Both the position numbers and the translations under genes were made by a program. DNA of 64,000 nucleotides. It comes from Mobula hypostoma. Lineage: Eukaryota. The DNA is taken from contig NC_086111.1 in NCBI RefSeq assembly GCF_963921235.1, positions 53,320,001 to 53,384,000 of the forward strand, read 5' to 3'. This document shows, piece after piece, positions 26,719 through 40,339 of the stretch (position 1 is the first letter of the stretch; every line of letters starts with the position of its first letter). Below the pieces are notes generated by a model. That model was not told the origin of the DNA. It saw only the letters and a list, made by a program, of their open reading frames with translations, and did not search any database.

Positions 26719-27289
26719 GTAAGGGTTAACTTCCTCTTTAACATGATAAGAGAATTAAGTAAAACAGAAACTGTGGAATCTACTTTGTGGGAAGAGGTTA
26801 TTCCATTACTGACATGATTGTATAAAACTCTTCCAAAATTTCAAACCATCAACTGTTGCTTTGAACTATTTCCAAAGCTTGAACATGGCAATAACATTCA
26901 ATTTTTTTTGAGTTTTTACACAAAGATAAAGTATAACGCATTCTGAATGCATGTCAGCTTTCACTAATGAAAGGAAGCCCTCCACAGGTGCTTCAGAGGA
27001 GCATTATTAATTGAAATTTAACATATCTATGTTAGGATCTGTTCTTAGTTATAAGAGGAATACAACATTTGTGAATATTCTGGTTCAACCTAATTCAGAG
27101 GCTAGGGAGAAAGAGAGAATAAGTAACCAGGAGTTAGATTGTGGTAGCTAAGAAATATTTTAGTTCATGCAGAAGATTTAGGTTTAGATGAATTGATGAG
27201 GCCCAACAGAATGTTGCCAATATCCATTTTGAGAATTGATCCTATGTTCATGGATGTCTCGCTGGAGTGATGGTGTAGATTAGCCATAG

Positions 27290-29950
27290 AGTTAATGAAG
27301 TTATATAGCACAGAAACATGCTTCCCCACTAATCCCATTTGCCCACATTAGGTCATGGCATATCCTTCTATGCCATGCATATGCAAGTGCCTGTCTGAGT
27401 GTTCTTTAAGTGAAGTGATTTTATCTATTTTTACTAACCCCTGGATGGAAGTTACAAATATAAACTAATATCATAAAAAATAAACATTTCTCTCAGATCA
27501 TTTAAATCTCTTTGCTCTCACCTTAAATCTCTTGCTTTTGATACAACTACAAGGGAAAACTATTCTGACTATCCACCCAGTTTATATCAATGATAATATT
27601 ATATACTAATGTCAGGTCACCCCCTCAGCTTCCTTCATGCTTGGAAAACCTGCGTAGCTGATCAATGCCTTCCCCATAACCTAGAGATTAAAGAGATTAA
27701 AGATTAGTTTTATTTATCACATGTACATGGAAACATACAGTGAAATGCATCATTTGCATCAAATCACATCAGCGGGGATTGGAGGATTGTGCTGGGAAGC
27801 CCACGTGTCATCACACTTCTGCCAGTAGAGCATGCTCACAACTTAAAACCCTAACTGCACGTCTTTAGAATGTGTGAGGAAACCAGGGCACCTGGAGGAA
27901 ACCCACATAGTTACAGGAAGAACATACAAACTCCTTATGGGCAGCGGCAGGAATCGAATCTCAATCTTACAGTTGGTGTGCTATAAAGTGTTGCACTAAC
28001 TGCCATACTACCATGCCAGCCCAATCTATGCCCTTCATTCCGATTTCCTCTGCAACTTCTCTAATGCAACCACATCCTACCTATAGAGAGGCGACCAGAA
28101 CTGCACACAATATCCAAGTGCTGTCTAACCAATACTTTGGAACATAACATCTGTGCTTTTCTGTTCTGGGCTCTACCCTCTGAAGGCAAGCATGCAATAT
28201 GCCTTTTTCATTACCCTTTTCAGCAGTGCTGCCAATTTCAGGGAACTATGGACTTAAACCCCAAAGTCCCTCTACTGTGTAATCTTACTTAATTCTCAAT
28301 CATTTACTATGTTTGCAGTACCCCTATATTATTTACAAAATGCAACATTTGGTGGTAGTGAATTCCATCTGCCAGTGATCTGCCAACTTTCCATCTAATT
28401 TTTACCTTGATAACCTTGCTCACTATCCACAATCCCACCATTTTTGTGTCATCTACAAAATTACCAATCATACATCCCACAGTTGCATCCTAGTCATTCA
28501 TATACATGACAAACAGTGAATTTCCTACTACCAGTCCCTGCATGCACTGTTGGTGACAGATTTCTAATCAGAAATAAATCTTTCCACCTCCATCCTCTTC
28601 GTTTTATCACAAAGCCAGCTTTGGATCCAATTAATCTAACCTGCCTTGAGTCCCTTGTGCTTTAGCTTTCCTCCTTTATGGTATCTCGTCAAACACACTA
28701 CTAAGTCTAAATGGATAGTGCCTGCTTCCCTGCCTTCATCGGTCTTGAACTCATTCAAATTACTTTGACAAATGATCGATCGATTGCAAAAAGCTGTGCT
28801 GACCATTCCTGATCAGCCCCTGCCTTTCCAGATTATGCTCAGCCCATCCTTAGAATTTACTCAGATAATGTCCCTATCACTATTGTAAAGCTCACTGACC
28901 TGTCATTGACACTTATCTGTCTTATTCCTGCTGCCTTCTTTAAACAAAGGAAACACAGTAGCTTTCCTCCAGTCATCTGGTACCTCACTTGTGGTTAACA
29001 AAGAAGCCAAATCTTCATCAGAGCTCCACCTACCTTCCCCCTTGCTTCTCATAGCATCCTGAGATTGATCGCAGCTGGCATTGTGGATTTACCAAATCTG
29101 AGACGTTCTGTAACCTCTTAACACCTCCACCTTAATACTATCAACTTGTGCCTGTCAATGCCTTTGCTACTAGTATAGAATGTCTTGGAATTCTCCTTAA
29201 CCTTTATTGCCATGGATATTTCATCGCCCCATTTTGCCCTTCTGCATTCTCTATATTCCTCAAGTGACTCTTTGAATTACAGTTGCCTATATCTGACATA
29301 TCCTTCCTTTCTTTTCCTGATCAAACCTTCAGACATATTTTGTCATCCATCTTGCCATCGGTATCTTTCATCCTCACAAGAACTCGTTGGCCCTTATCCC
29401 AGTATTTTCTTTTAAAACACTCCTGCAACCATCTGTTTCCAACACACGTTTAACTGGTTCTCTCATATGCTTTTGAAATTAGTGTTTTTTTTTCGATTTA
29501 GAATCTTAATTTGAGCATCAAGCTTATCCCTTTTCACAGTACCTTGAAATTTACAGAACTACGGTTGCTAGACACAAACTATTCTGCCAATGACACTTCC
29601 AACTCGTGCCCAGGTTGAATAGTGCCCTTTTGCTTATAAAACTCTATGCATTGTCTCAAAAAAACTTCCCTGGGCACACTTGGCAAATTCCATCCCACCT
29701 AAGCCACTTGAACTAAGGCTATTCCAGTCAATATTGGGAATGTTAAGATCCCCCACTACCATATCGTTATTGCTCTTCCAGCTTTCTGTGATTTGCTTGC
29801 AGATCTATTCCTTTGATTCCTGCTTACTCTTGGGAAGCCTAGGGTATTACCCCACAGAGTGATTGCCCCTCTCCTATTCCTAAATTCAACCCATATTGCC
29901 TCATTGAATGATCCCTCCAGGATGTAATCTCTAAGTACTGCCATGATGTT
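27290..29950 (-). mobile_element. Old CR1-type LINE (endonuclease through 3' end), heavily decayed, with nested SINE
   Basis: Minus-strand LEGSFNEAIWVEFRNRRGAIT (endonuclease region); gaccagaactgcacacaatatccaagtg RT C-terminal motif. Confidence 0.75.
27695..28020 (-). mobile_element. tRNA-derived V-SINE-like element
   Basis: gtctttagaatgtgtgaggaaaccagggcacctggaggaaacccac..caaactcctt..ggaatcgaat (reverse B-box-like). Confidence 0.8.
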
Positions 29951-31114
29951 CGTAATTAATTAATAGCCTTACACCACCACCTCTTTTGGGACACCTGTAT
30001 TATGTCTGGAACTTCAATACCCCCTGGGGCATTAATCAAATTTCAGTGATTGCTAGGAACTTTGCTGTTTGCTTCCAAACAAGGTAGGCTGTTGATGTCC
30101 TCACCGGTCACTTCTTGTGCTTATTGCAAGCTATTATCTGTTTGTTTTGCTTCCTGATCCAACAGCTAACTGCCTGGGCAATTGCACTTACCATTCTTCT
30201 GGTACAGCTAAGACTGCAGAATATATGCAGCAAACCACTTTAATTAACCATGTTAAGCAGTATTAGCAGGATTTGTTTTTTGAAGCAGCTGGTCTGAAGT
30301 AATTTTATGAGTGGTTTTGAAAGGAACAGTGTCTGATTGTTTTTAATAAGAAAGACTTGCATGCAATGTGGGGAAATAGCCCACGGCCATTCTAATGTGT
30401 GAAACTGGACTAAAAAACATGACCAAGTGAAAAAGTTATATTTTGGGGGAGACATTTAAGAACTTGACCCAGGGAAGTTTTAATGGAGCATCTTAAGAGT
30501 AGAATGGCTGAGACTTGTGGAAGAAGTTGAAGACCTGGGGCCCAGTTGGATGAATAGATAATATTGGGTTAACATGAGTGTTAAAGAAAAAGTTGAAGTA
30601 GAATTTTAATGTTGTAATGTTTATGAATTGATGCCTGGTTAGACCTGGAGCCAAAATAAATCAGAAAATATATGGTGATGGATGGTTAGGGCACTGAAGG
30701 ATAGGGTATAGACAGCCAAGTTATATATGTGAAACTCAGTTTGTGAAGAGTAAAACATAGTTATGTTGGAACTGTTGGATTTGGAGGTAACAATGTGGTT
30801 CTACCAAAGGTCATGCAGGAAGGGGGGAATGCAATTGTTGGATAAGAGGGGGTTTTTTTTGATAGTACTGATAATAATAACTTTAACCATCTGAGCTGTA
30901 AACTCTGAAACTGCCTCACAGGACATGCCCAGTTTGATCCTTTAGAATCTCTTTTTAAAATCTATGCCTCAAGCTAAGCTTTTACTCATGAACGGCTGTC
31001 TCCCATGCTTGACTGAGATTAAATTTTCTTTGATCACTTTACTGTGACATACTATATAAGAACTTTTACTATTTTAAAGGTGCATGTTGTGCTTGAAATT
31101 TTCCATGTTTAATT

Positions 31115-31255
31115 CATTAGTCCTGGTGAAGGGTCTTAGCCCAAAACTTCGACTCTTTATTCCTTTCCATAGATGCTGCCTAACCTGCTAAGTTCCTGCA
31201 TGCAGCATTTTGTATACTCTGGATTTCCAGCACCTGCAAAATTTCTTGTGCTTGT
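31115..31255 (+). mobile_element. Penelope pLTR-derived fragment with decayed hammerhead motif
   Basis: agtcctggtgaagggtcttagcccaaaacttcgact..gatgctgcctaacctgct..ttccagcacctgca. Confidence 0.75.
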
Positions 31256-32454
31256 AATGTGAAGCCAGCACAGAGGTTGTAGGAACTATTGGCAAGTTAG
31301 AATTGGGTATCACTGTAATACAAATAAAAGATGATCTGCTTATAGATGATGTCATTGAGGGGCATCACATAGATAAGAAACATTGAAGTGGGTGAATGAA
31401 GGACTTCATCCCTTGTCCTTCAGGTGTCAAGAACGATTAGTGTGGCATGAGGAAAGAAACCATTGGGATGAAAATCTTGGAATTAGTGGTCTATTCAAAA
31501 TGGTTCCACTATTATGTAGAAGGTGGATAAACTAATATATGTACCTTGGTATTATTATTTTATTTCTGTTGAAAATTTTATATTTGTTTCTTAAAGGATC
31601 CATTAACCCCAATAAAGTTTTGAGCAGCGTTTCAACGTTAAACATATTTTGCTCTTTGGATATGGACGTTTGGATGCTCCAGCTACTACTGAACGCCATA
31701 AAATGCACAATACTGCTTGTAAATTATTTCTTCCTTTTTCATCATGCCACTAACCATTTGCTGCTAGAGCAATGTCAGTGAAAATTTATAAGAAGATAAG
31801 TTATGTGATGTGCTCATTATAAAATTTCATGTATTTCCATGATCTATAAAGTAAATTCACTGGATAGAAAGAAACAAATTCTTGTCAAATATTTAAGATT
31901 ATAATTGTTCAAACTATTCCTTTTTCTTTACTTCTCACTTAGAAGTACGGGGTATTGCAAGAGTAACTAAAGATTACAATGAAGCTAAATGTGTTGATTT
32001 CATTTGAATAATGTTTCCAGAACTTATTTGGTCATAATTAATTATATAATTGCCTTGATTTGGATTATGAAAGAAATGCTGGCTGACTTACATAATTTGC
32101 AAGAAAATTAAGTCAGTAATCAAATTATAAAACACTTACCCTTTTTTACAACCGTAATTGTAAATGTGCATTGTATGTTATTGCTACAAGTTGTTTTTTT
32201 TAGCATTTACTATTTTATTGACTGCTAATTCATGGATCATAAAATACCTAGTTATACCCTTCAAAAGCTTTTAAAGCTTTTCACCAAGTAATACAAAATC
32301 ACTGAATGACCAAGACCTGGAATAACCCATCTGTAAAAAAAAATTAACAGATGAAAATTTTGACTTCTCCAAAAATGAAGACAAAGAAACTCATTGAGTG
32401 CAGTTCTGAACTTCGTTGCATTCTGTTCTTGTACTATATTCACCAATATGTCAT

Positions 32455-33215
32455 GGAGTTTTTCAGCATGGAAAGGGGCTCTTCAGATCAATTTGTCTAT
32501 GCTGACTGAGATGGCAATCTGAGCTACCCCCATTTGCCTGCATCTGCCCATATCCCTCTAAATCTTTCCTGTCCATGTACCTGTCTGAGAATCTTTTCAA
32601 TGTTGTAATTGTACTCGCTAACACTTCCCATGGTCACTTCATGCACACATCCATCACCCTCTGTGGGAAGATGTTGCCTCTCAGATTCCATATAAATCTT
32701 TCCCTCTTGCTCTAAACTTATGCCCTGTAGTTTTAGACTCCCCTACCCTGGGATAATGACTGTGACCATTGATCATGGCCACGCTACTCATGATTTTATA
32801 TCATGATTTCCGCCAGCTATGCTTTGGGGGGAAAGAAGCCCCAGCCTATCCATTCTCTCCATATAACTCAAGCTCTCCAGTCATGGTAACAATCCTTCTG
32901 AATCTCTCGTCATCTATCCTTAATATAATGACATCCTTTCAATAGCTTACTGAGCAGAAATGCACACAGTATTCACAAGAGATACTGAAGGTACTGGAGA
33001 TCTTGAGGAACACACACAAAATGCGAGAGGAACTCAGTAAGTCAGGCAGTATCTACGGAGAGAAGTAAACCATCGATGTTTTGGGCCGAGGACCTTCATC
33101 ACACTTTGGCCCAAAATGTCAACAGTTTATTTCCCTCCATAGATGCTGCCTGACCTGCTACATTCATCCAGCATTCTATCTGTATTACAGTGCTCCAAGT
33201 GTGGCCTCAGCAACA
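32455..33215 (-). mobile_element. CR1 3' fragment containing a palindromic Penelope-derived insert (about 32973-33186)
   Basis: Host motif gcagaaatgcacacagt|...|gctccaagtgtggcc is interrupted by two oppositely oriented pLTR pieces. Confidence 0.7.
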
Positions 33216-33454
33216 TTGGATACAGTTGTAACAAGAGTGATTAATCGCATTACTAAGTCATTTGCCATCACAATGCAATTCAAGGTTGTTTGTCAACAGA
33301 TGCTATTTATAGCAACTAAAATCTGAGGCTGTAGATCCATATAGGTTTGCAGCTAAGAATCCAAAACGTGTTTAGGTTTATATTCATTACATTGCTTAGC
33401 TGCAGGGAGGATGTCATTTTGGAGAATCTAGAACATGTTATTGAGATTTTTTTT

Positions 33455-33705
33455 CTTGAGGTACATCATGGAGTAGGCCCTTCTGGCCCTTCGAGCCACA
33501 CTGTCCAGCAACTTCCGATTTAACCCTATCCTATTCACGGGACAATTTACAATGACCAATTAACCTACCAACCAGTACGACTTTGGACTGTGGGAGCAAA
33601 CCGAATCCCCTAGAGGAAATCTACGTGGTCAAGGGCAGAATGTACAAACTTCTTACAGGCAGTGGCTGGAATTGAACCTGGGTCGCTGGTATGTGCCACC
33701 CCACT
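33455..33705 (-). mobile_element. V-SINE-like element
   Basis: ctttggactgtgggagcaaaccg..gaggaaatctac..tacaaacttcttacaggcagtggctggaattgaacctggg; similar to 60258-60530. Confidence 0.8.
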
Positions 33706-34864
33706 AGATGTTTTTTTTTAAATCACCAATCAGCAGCGCGTCAATCTCAGCCCTGTGCCAGAATAGGGGTTTTGGAGGGGAGGGGAGGGAGGTCGATTTG
33801 GGATTTCTTGAGAAATTGAGTGTTCTATCTCAGCATGCATTGCAAATATTCACAGTGCACTGCTGTTCATGCATGTGCCCTGCTGATTTATATGGGGTGG
33901 TTTTCATACAATTTTGATTTTTGAAAAATATGTAATGTTCTGCTTATGTTAGCCTACAGCAAGTATTAATTTACAATCAAGAGATGAACAGTTTCTCTGT
34001 TCCATGCAGTTTCAGAATATTGAAGTGACACCTGTGTTGTATTAAGATCTCAAATGATAATAGACAATCAGACACAGTAGTGAATATGTGAGGAGATTGA
34101 TTATTCCTATTCTCAGGAGGATTTTATCAGAATACATATCCCTAGCAACAAATGACTATTAAAAAATCAGATTGTACTAAATTTGTCTTTAAAACTGAAA
34201 CAGATTATTTGATCAAAATTCTCTAATTCACTGCCCAAAGACTGAGATTTGTTGCCATAACTACCTTTGCTATAAAATGCTCCAATTGGGGTAGGATGTA
34301 ATGGACTGTAGATGCCTTTTGTTGGCCATGGAATTCTTCACTGATCATTGGCATTTATTGATAACCAAGTATATCAACCATAGCACACAATTGTCTCTCA
34401 GCACTGTGCATTCACATCCTACTTCAGAGACTTGAGCCAAGCACCTAGCTGATACTGAGAATCTTGTATTGAGCGAGTGTTGTGTTGTTGAAGGTGCCTT
34501 CTTTTAGATGAGATGTTAAATTGAACTGTTCTTCTTTATGTCCTTGACATTATTTTGAAGAGTTTATATCATGGCTGATATTTAAATTCAGTTAACATCA
34601 CTAAGGTAGATTATTGAGTCAGTACATTCACTTCCAACATTATAAACAGTGACTGCACTTCAAATTTTAATTTAATTGTAAAGCACTTTTGTTGTACTAA
34701 AGGCTTTAAAGATGCAAATTCTTTCTACTACTTGATAATAGAGTTGTGGTGCTTTACATCATGGAAAACTTCAGCCAACTCATTCGTGCTGACCAAGTAG
34801 CCTGACTGAACTAGTCCCGTTTGCCTGTATTTTGCCTATATCCCTCGAAACCTTTCCTATTGAT

Positions 34865-35085
34865 TGAGAAAGACAGCACAGTAACAGGCCCATGAACCCA
34901 CACTGCTCAGCTATACCCATGTGATAAGTTAACCTACTAACCCATACATCTTTGAAATGTGGGTGGAAACCGGAGCACCCAGAGGAAACCCACACAGGCA
35001 CCGGGTGAACATACAAGCTTCTTACAGACAACGGTGGAATTGAACTTGAGTTACTGGTGCTGTAATAGTGTTACACTAACCACCA
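34865..35085 (-). mobile_element. V-SINE-like element nested in a CR1 3' end
   Basis: gggtggaaaccggagcacccagaggaaacccacac..caagcttcttacagacaacggtggaattgaac. Confidence 0.8.
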
Positions 35086-35109
35086 CTCATAACATACTGT
35101 CTCAAATCC

Positions 35110-36180
35110 ACTAAAGTATCAAATTGCTTTTTAAGTGTTGCAGTTATGGAAACTTTTACCACTTCCTTGGGCAGCTTGTTCCAAGTATCTAGCATCCACT
35201 GTGTGGAAAAGGTTGCCACCTAAGGTCCCTCTCACTTTGAACCCATGTCCTCAGGTGTTTAGACTACCCTACCCAGGGAGAGACAGGGCACATGATGATG
35301 ATGACCCTGTGCCTTTTTATTTTATCTATGCCCCTCAGGATTTTATAAACAGAAGCTCACTCCTCAGCCTCCTACACTCCAAGGAAAAGAAAATTGTAGC
35401 TTATCTAGCCTCTCTTAATAACTCAAATGCTCTAGTTCCAGTAGCATTCTTGTAAATCTTTTTGGAGCCTTTAAAAGTGGTATCTTTTCTATAGCAGGAC
35501 AAGAAGAACTGTGTGCAGGACTCCACTTGTGGCCTTCTGAATGTCTTGTACAATGAAGCATAATGTCCTAGCTCCTCTACTCAGTATCCTACTGATGAAG
35601 GGAAGCATGCCAGCTGCAGCCTTCTCCTGTGCCACTGCAGCAATGGACTGCACCCTGAAGTATCTCTGTCCAGCAATACTCTTCGTTGCCTTCCCATTAA
35701 ATCTTGCCCTGGTTTGTCTTACCAAAATGCAACACCTTGCATTTGTCTGAATTAAGCTCCATTTGCCATTCCTCACCCCTTCAGCCCTGTTGATTAAGAT
35801 AGTAATCATATAACCTTCTTCACTGTCCACTGGACCACCAATTCTAGTGTCATCCGCAAACTTACTAACTATGCCACTGACACTCTCATCATATCATTGA
35901 TATAAATGATGAACAATAGTAGACCCAGCATTGATTACTGCAGCGCACCACTGGTCACAGGCCCACTGTCTGAAAAAACAACCCTCTACTGTCACCCTGT
36001 GTCTCCTTACTTCAAACTACTTGTATGCAATTGGCTAGCTTGTGTTGGATCTCATGTGATCTGACCTTCCAGACCTACCAACATGCAATTCCATGTCAAA
36101 GGCCTAGGCCGATTTGCCTTCATCATGTCTTCAAAACTTCAATCAAATTTCTGAGACACAATTTCCCACACACAAAACCA
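35110..36180 (-). mobile_element. CR1-type LINE RT/3' fragment, decayed
   Basis: gtgtcatccgcaaactt (reverse of KFADDT) and gcaacaccttgcatttgtctgaatt (FxxDKCKVLH). Confidence 0.75.
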
Positions 36181-38020
36181 AAAGGGCATGGGGTTTAAAG
36201 TGAGAGAGGAAAGGTTTAAAAGGTACTGGAGGTGCATCATTTTCCACACACAGTGTGGTGCATATAAGACAAATAAGACCATTCAATAGGTTTCAGTGAG
36301 GTCGTCCCTCATTCTTCTGAACAATATGGAATGTTATTTCAAACCTTTGGGATGAGAGAGAAAAAGGGTTGGCATATACTTACAACAAGTAATTAGCAAA
36401 GATAACAGAATATTAAAATTGAAATGTTAGAACATCTCACAGATGGTGATGAACCTCTGGAATTCTCTGTCCTGGAGAACTGTGGAGAGTAGATTACTGG
36501 AGGCATTGAGGGCTACAGGGAACTGGTATAGAAGAAGAGATGAGCCCAGCGACACATTAAACGATGGGGGAGGCTTGAGGGCTCAATGGTTTCCTTTTAT
36601 TTTCTAGTTTGTTTTCTATGTGTAAGATTCTAGAACTGCTGGCGCTGTTTAAAAAAAAGGATTTGTCCATTCAAGACAGAGTTAAAGGGAAAGTATTCCT
36701 TTCACATGGAACTCCCTTCCCCAAAGGGTGCTGGGAGCAAATGCTTTAAATATTTTTTTAGGCAGAGTAGGCAGCCTCTTGATAAGCAAGGGAGTGTATG
36801 TTTCTGCAGAAAAGTGGAAATTAAGCATTGACATTACAGTCAGATCAACCATAATTTTATTGAATGGTGGAGCCAAGTGGTCTACTGTGATCTACTGCTC
36901 CTTCTCTATGTATTGATAAACGTTGGATGAAAAGCATTGTTGGGGAATTAACAGGGAAAGGCAGAAGTTCATATCTCGCTCCAAAATTTAAGGTAAAAAA
37001 ATTTGTGACAAAGTTCAACCATTGAACAAAGTCGAATCAAAACATGAATAGGATGGAAGATAAAGAATTTTTTTCATAAGTTTCATGTACCGCCTCCCAA
37101 TATTTTGATGACTCTATTTAGTTAATAATTAGGATTTGGATATGTCCAACTTTCTTTTCAGCTGAGGAAAATGAAAATAATCATGTGCAAATTATTTCAC
37201 AAAAATAGGCATTTCTCTGTAATGGAGCAGCTAACTACTTTGGCAGGGTATCTGTTCCACATGTATTTTTGCTGCAGTTCTGCTGCTAACTATTTCCATG
37301 TTGTCCTTGATGGAAGATCACCGCCTGAAAGAGGCAATTTTCATCAGATGCTGAACATACACCCCACCAGGCTTTGAAATATTCTGCTCTGCTGACGTCA
37401 CCATTTTAATTAGCTGAGTAACAATTTACCCACAGGCATTTTAACCTGATGAATGGTAAACTGTGGGGGGGAACTCGTTAAACTATTTAGTGCATTATTT
37501 AGCTACGTGTCTGGTTGTTGGAAAAATTTGTGGATTTGGATGTTTAAGTAAACCATTAGAAGAAATGAACAACTGTAAACTTCATTAAAAACTAAACAAG
37601 CAGATGATCTACACACTTTTTAAAAATATATTGTTTATTCATTGTTGGTGGTTTGAGAATTCATAAGTTAACCACATGCAATTGAGCAAACATTTGGGGT
37701 CAAAAGACATAAATTTATTAGATATTCTTTCAAAAGCTATGTTTGGGAATTTCTCTTATCTTTAAATTGTTTTTAATATTATATAGGCCCTTTACTGAGT
37801 TAACCTAATAAAGCAGTTATAGTAGTGTTAAAACCCCACACAAACTGCATTTTTGAATTCTGATTGATTGTCTTTGACATTAAGCCAAATGAAATTTTTG
37901 TAGAATCCTGTAGATTGAACTATTGACCAGACCACTGAATTAAGATAGCTAATCACTGCCTTAAAATTAAAATAACATTATTAATATCTCAATATCTGAA
38001 AACAGATAGTATGATGTTTT

Positions 38021-38840
38021 AGAATCAGAATCAAGTTTAATATCACCAGCATATGTCATGAAATTTGTTAACGGCAGCAGTACAATGTACTACATGATAA
38101 CATTGGAAAACATAAGTAAATCAATTACAGTTATTATATATAATACAATTATTATATATACATATGTAACCCCCAGGTTTGGCGGGCTGCATTAGTTTAG
38201 GGGAAGACAATTGCCGCTCCCGCCAAACTGGTGAAACCTCGTTTGTGTGGATGCTGCATGATGTTTTCCCCGTTACAAATCAGTACCACGAAATAACAAA
38301 CAGTACACCATATGCAATTAAGCAATTGAGCTTTATAATTCTTAATTTGATTGTAGGGTTAGTGAAGAAAACAAACAGAAAAAGGGTCCATTTTAAGGAA
38401 ACAGTCTAATGCGCACGTTGGAGCTCACAATTTTCCTGTCCGCTAGTCCTCCTTTGATTTCCCCTGGGCGCCGTCAACTCCCGACCCCATTCCAAGTCCA
38501 CTCCATCCTGTAGTCTTTGACCTGTCCGTTCTGGCATCTTCTTTCTCCATCTTCTGCCGAACAAAAGTCCGCGAATCCCTTGCTCTCGGTCACACAAGAA
38601 AGAAAAACCTCCCCTCATTGGACGCCGCACATTCCAAAGCCCCTGTTATCTCTAGTCATAACCCTAGCACTGCTGCTACAGAGAAACCATTACGTTAGCA
38701 GTGAAACCTTTCCCAGGATGTTACACATATTAAATAGTTAAATTAAAAATAGTGCAAAAACAGAAATAATAAGTTAAAGAAATGTTCATGGGTTCAATGT
38801 CCATTTAAGAATCAGATGGAAGAGAGGAAGAAGCTGGATT
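38021..38840 (-). mobile_element. Rex-Babar 3' UTR fragment split by a solo LTR
   Basis: agaatcagaatcaagtttaatatcac tail and body match 7771-8020. Confidence 0.8.
38165..38725. mobile_element. Solo LTR (probably Gypsy), 561 bp
   Basis: TGTAAC...GTTACA termini; 4-bp TSD CATA at 38161-38164 and 38726-38729; clean interruption of a LINE 3' UTR. Confidence 0.88.
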
Positions 38841-38899
38841 TAAATTGTTCTTTCGACCTTAATCAAGTCCAGTGTAACTATCAAGCATTGAAATCTTGC

Positions 38900-39960
38900 T
38901 TCACTTCTGAAGGCAGGAATGATCAGATGGGGAAGGAGATAGTTTATTGTCACTATTGGACATTCAGTTTCACCTCAGTGATGGGTATGCTTTTCCAAAC
39001 AAGCCAACACTATTTGTTGAAGGCATATCTTTTTTAATCAACTTGATAACATTTTTAGATGAGATAACAGATAGAGTTGATGAACCTAACACCACCAATC
39101 AATTGTACATGGGTTTCCTGAGGTCTTCCAGGTTTCACACAATGGGCGTATCAGCAATGTTGAAGGGGCATTAACAGCATGGATGTGAAGTTGCTTTTTG
39201 GAGTGGAGAATAATTAATAGTGAATTTCTTGCTTGTACTGTATTTATTTACATTAATGACTTAGACCTGAGGTTGCAAGCCACAATTTCAAAATTTACAG
39301 TTGACACAAAACTAACACCTTTTCTCTGCCAGATTCCCTAGATTGCCTTTAATTCCCCAATCTTTCAAAAATGTTTGTACCTCCAGTTTATAATGATTTA
39401 ACCTCCTCAATTCTTTGAGGTAGAGTATTCCAGAGAATGACTATCCACAGTATAAACACAGGAAAATCATGTTGAGCCTGTATAAAATTCTGGGACGACT
39501 TTGGCTAGATTTATTGTGGACTTCAAGTAGGAATTGAATAAATACATACTGAGAAAAATTTACAAAGCTACAGTAAAGAGGTTGGGGGTGGAACTAGTGA
39601 GATGTGAAGATGGATAATCAAGGCAGATATCCATCAGTTATACATCTCTGTGTTGTATTCATTCCATGGTTTTGTGATTCTATAGGTAAAGAAAACAGCT
39701 TGGAAGACAATTGGCATGTTGGGTTTTATTACAAGACCAAGCATGGAATATTATTTACCCTAGAGTATAGTGATGTACCCAAAAGGGCCATGAAGTCTCA
39801 GTTGCTGAATATATTCAAGACAAAAATTGTTAGACTCTTAGAAATTAAGAGAATCATGGGATTTAAGGTTAGTGTGTAGCGTGACAGTCAAGTAAAGGTC
39901 AGCATTAATCTTTTTGAATAGGAAAGAGATGTGAGTGACATAATAGCTGCTCCTACCTAT
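38900..39960 (+). mobile_element. Highly decayed CR1 fragments
   Basis: LINLITFLDEITDRVDE; tttatttacattaatgacttagac (FIYINDLD); aaatttacagttgacacaaaa. Confidence 0.55.
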
Positions 39961-39982
39961 ATTTCTTACATTCTTTGTAATT

Positions 39983-40049
39983 GCACATTTCAGGAATCTA
40001 CATGGATAGCATTCTTAGTGAGCTAAAAAGGTAGATTCCTGAAATGTGC
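39983..40049. repeat. Perfect 19-bp inverted repeat with 29-nt spacer
   Basis: GCACATTTCAGGAATCTAC (39983-40001) / GTAGATTCCTGAAATGTGC (40031-40049). Confidence 0.95.
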
Positions 40050-40339
40050 TATGCAATTTTTGTAGGTCCAGGAATATCACAATTTTTATAGACCCCCAGT
40101 TTATGTCGAGTAGCAACTAAAAGAGCCTTTGCCATTCTTTGTCTTCTTACTGATCCTACAAATTTATCCCCTGAGTCCTGGGAATTGTACAATCGAGGGA
40201 GGAGGCATCAACCAATCAATCAAAGGAATCTTCTCATTAACTGCAGTCTAAACTAGGACTTGTTGGATTTTTTTTAAATCAGAGAAACAGTAGATGCTGG
40301 AAATTTGAAATGAAATCAGTAAATATCTCAAATGCACGT

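Noticed and set aside
27695-28020. tRNA genes at SINE heads
   Set aside because: Only degenerate A/B-box-like remnants attached to SINE bodies; no cloverleaf.
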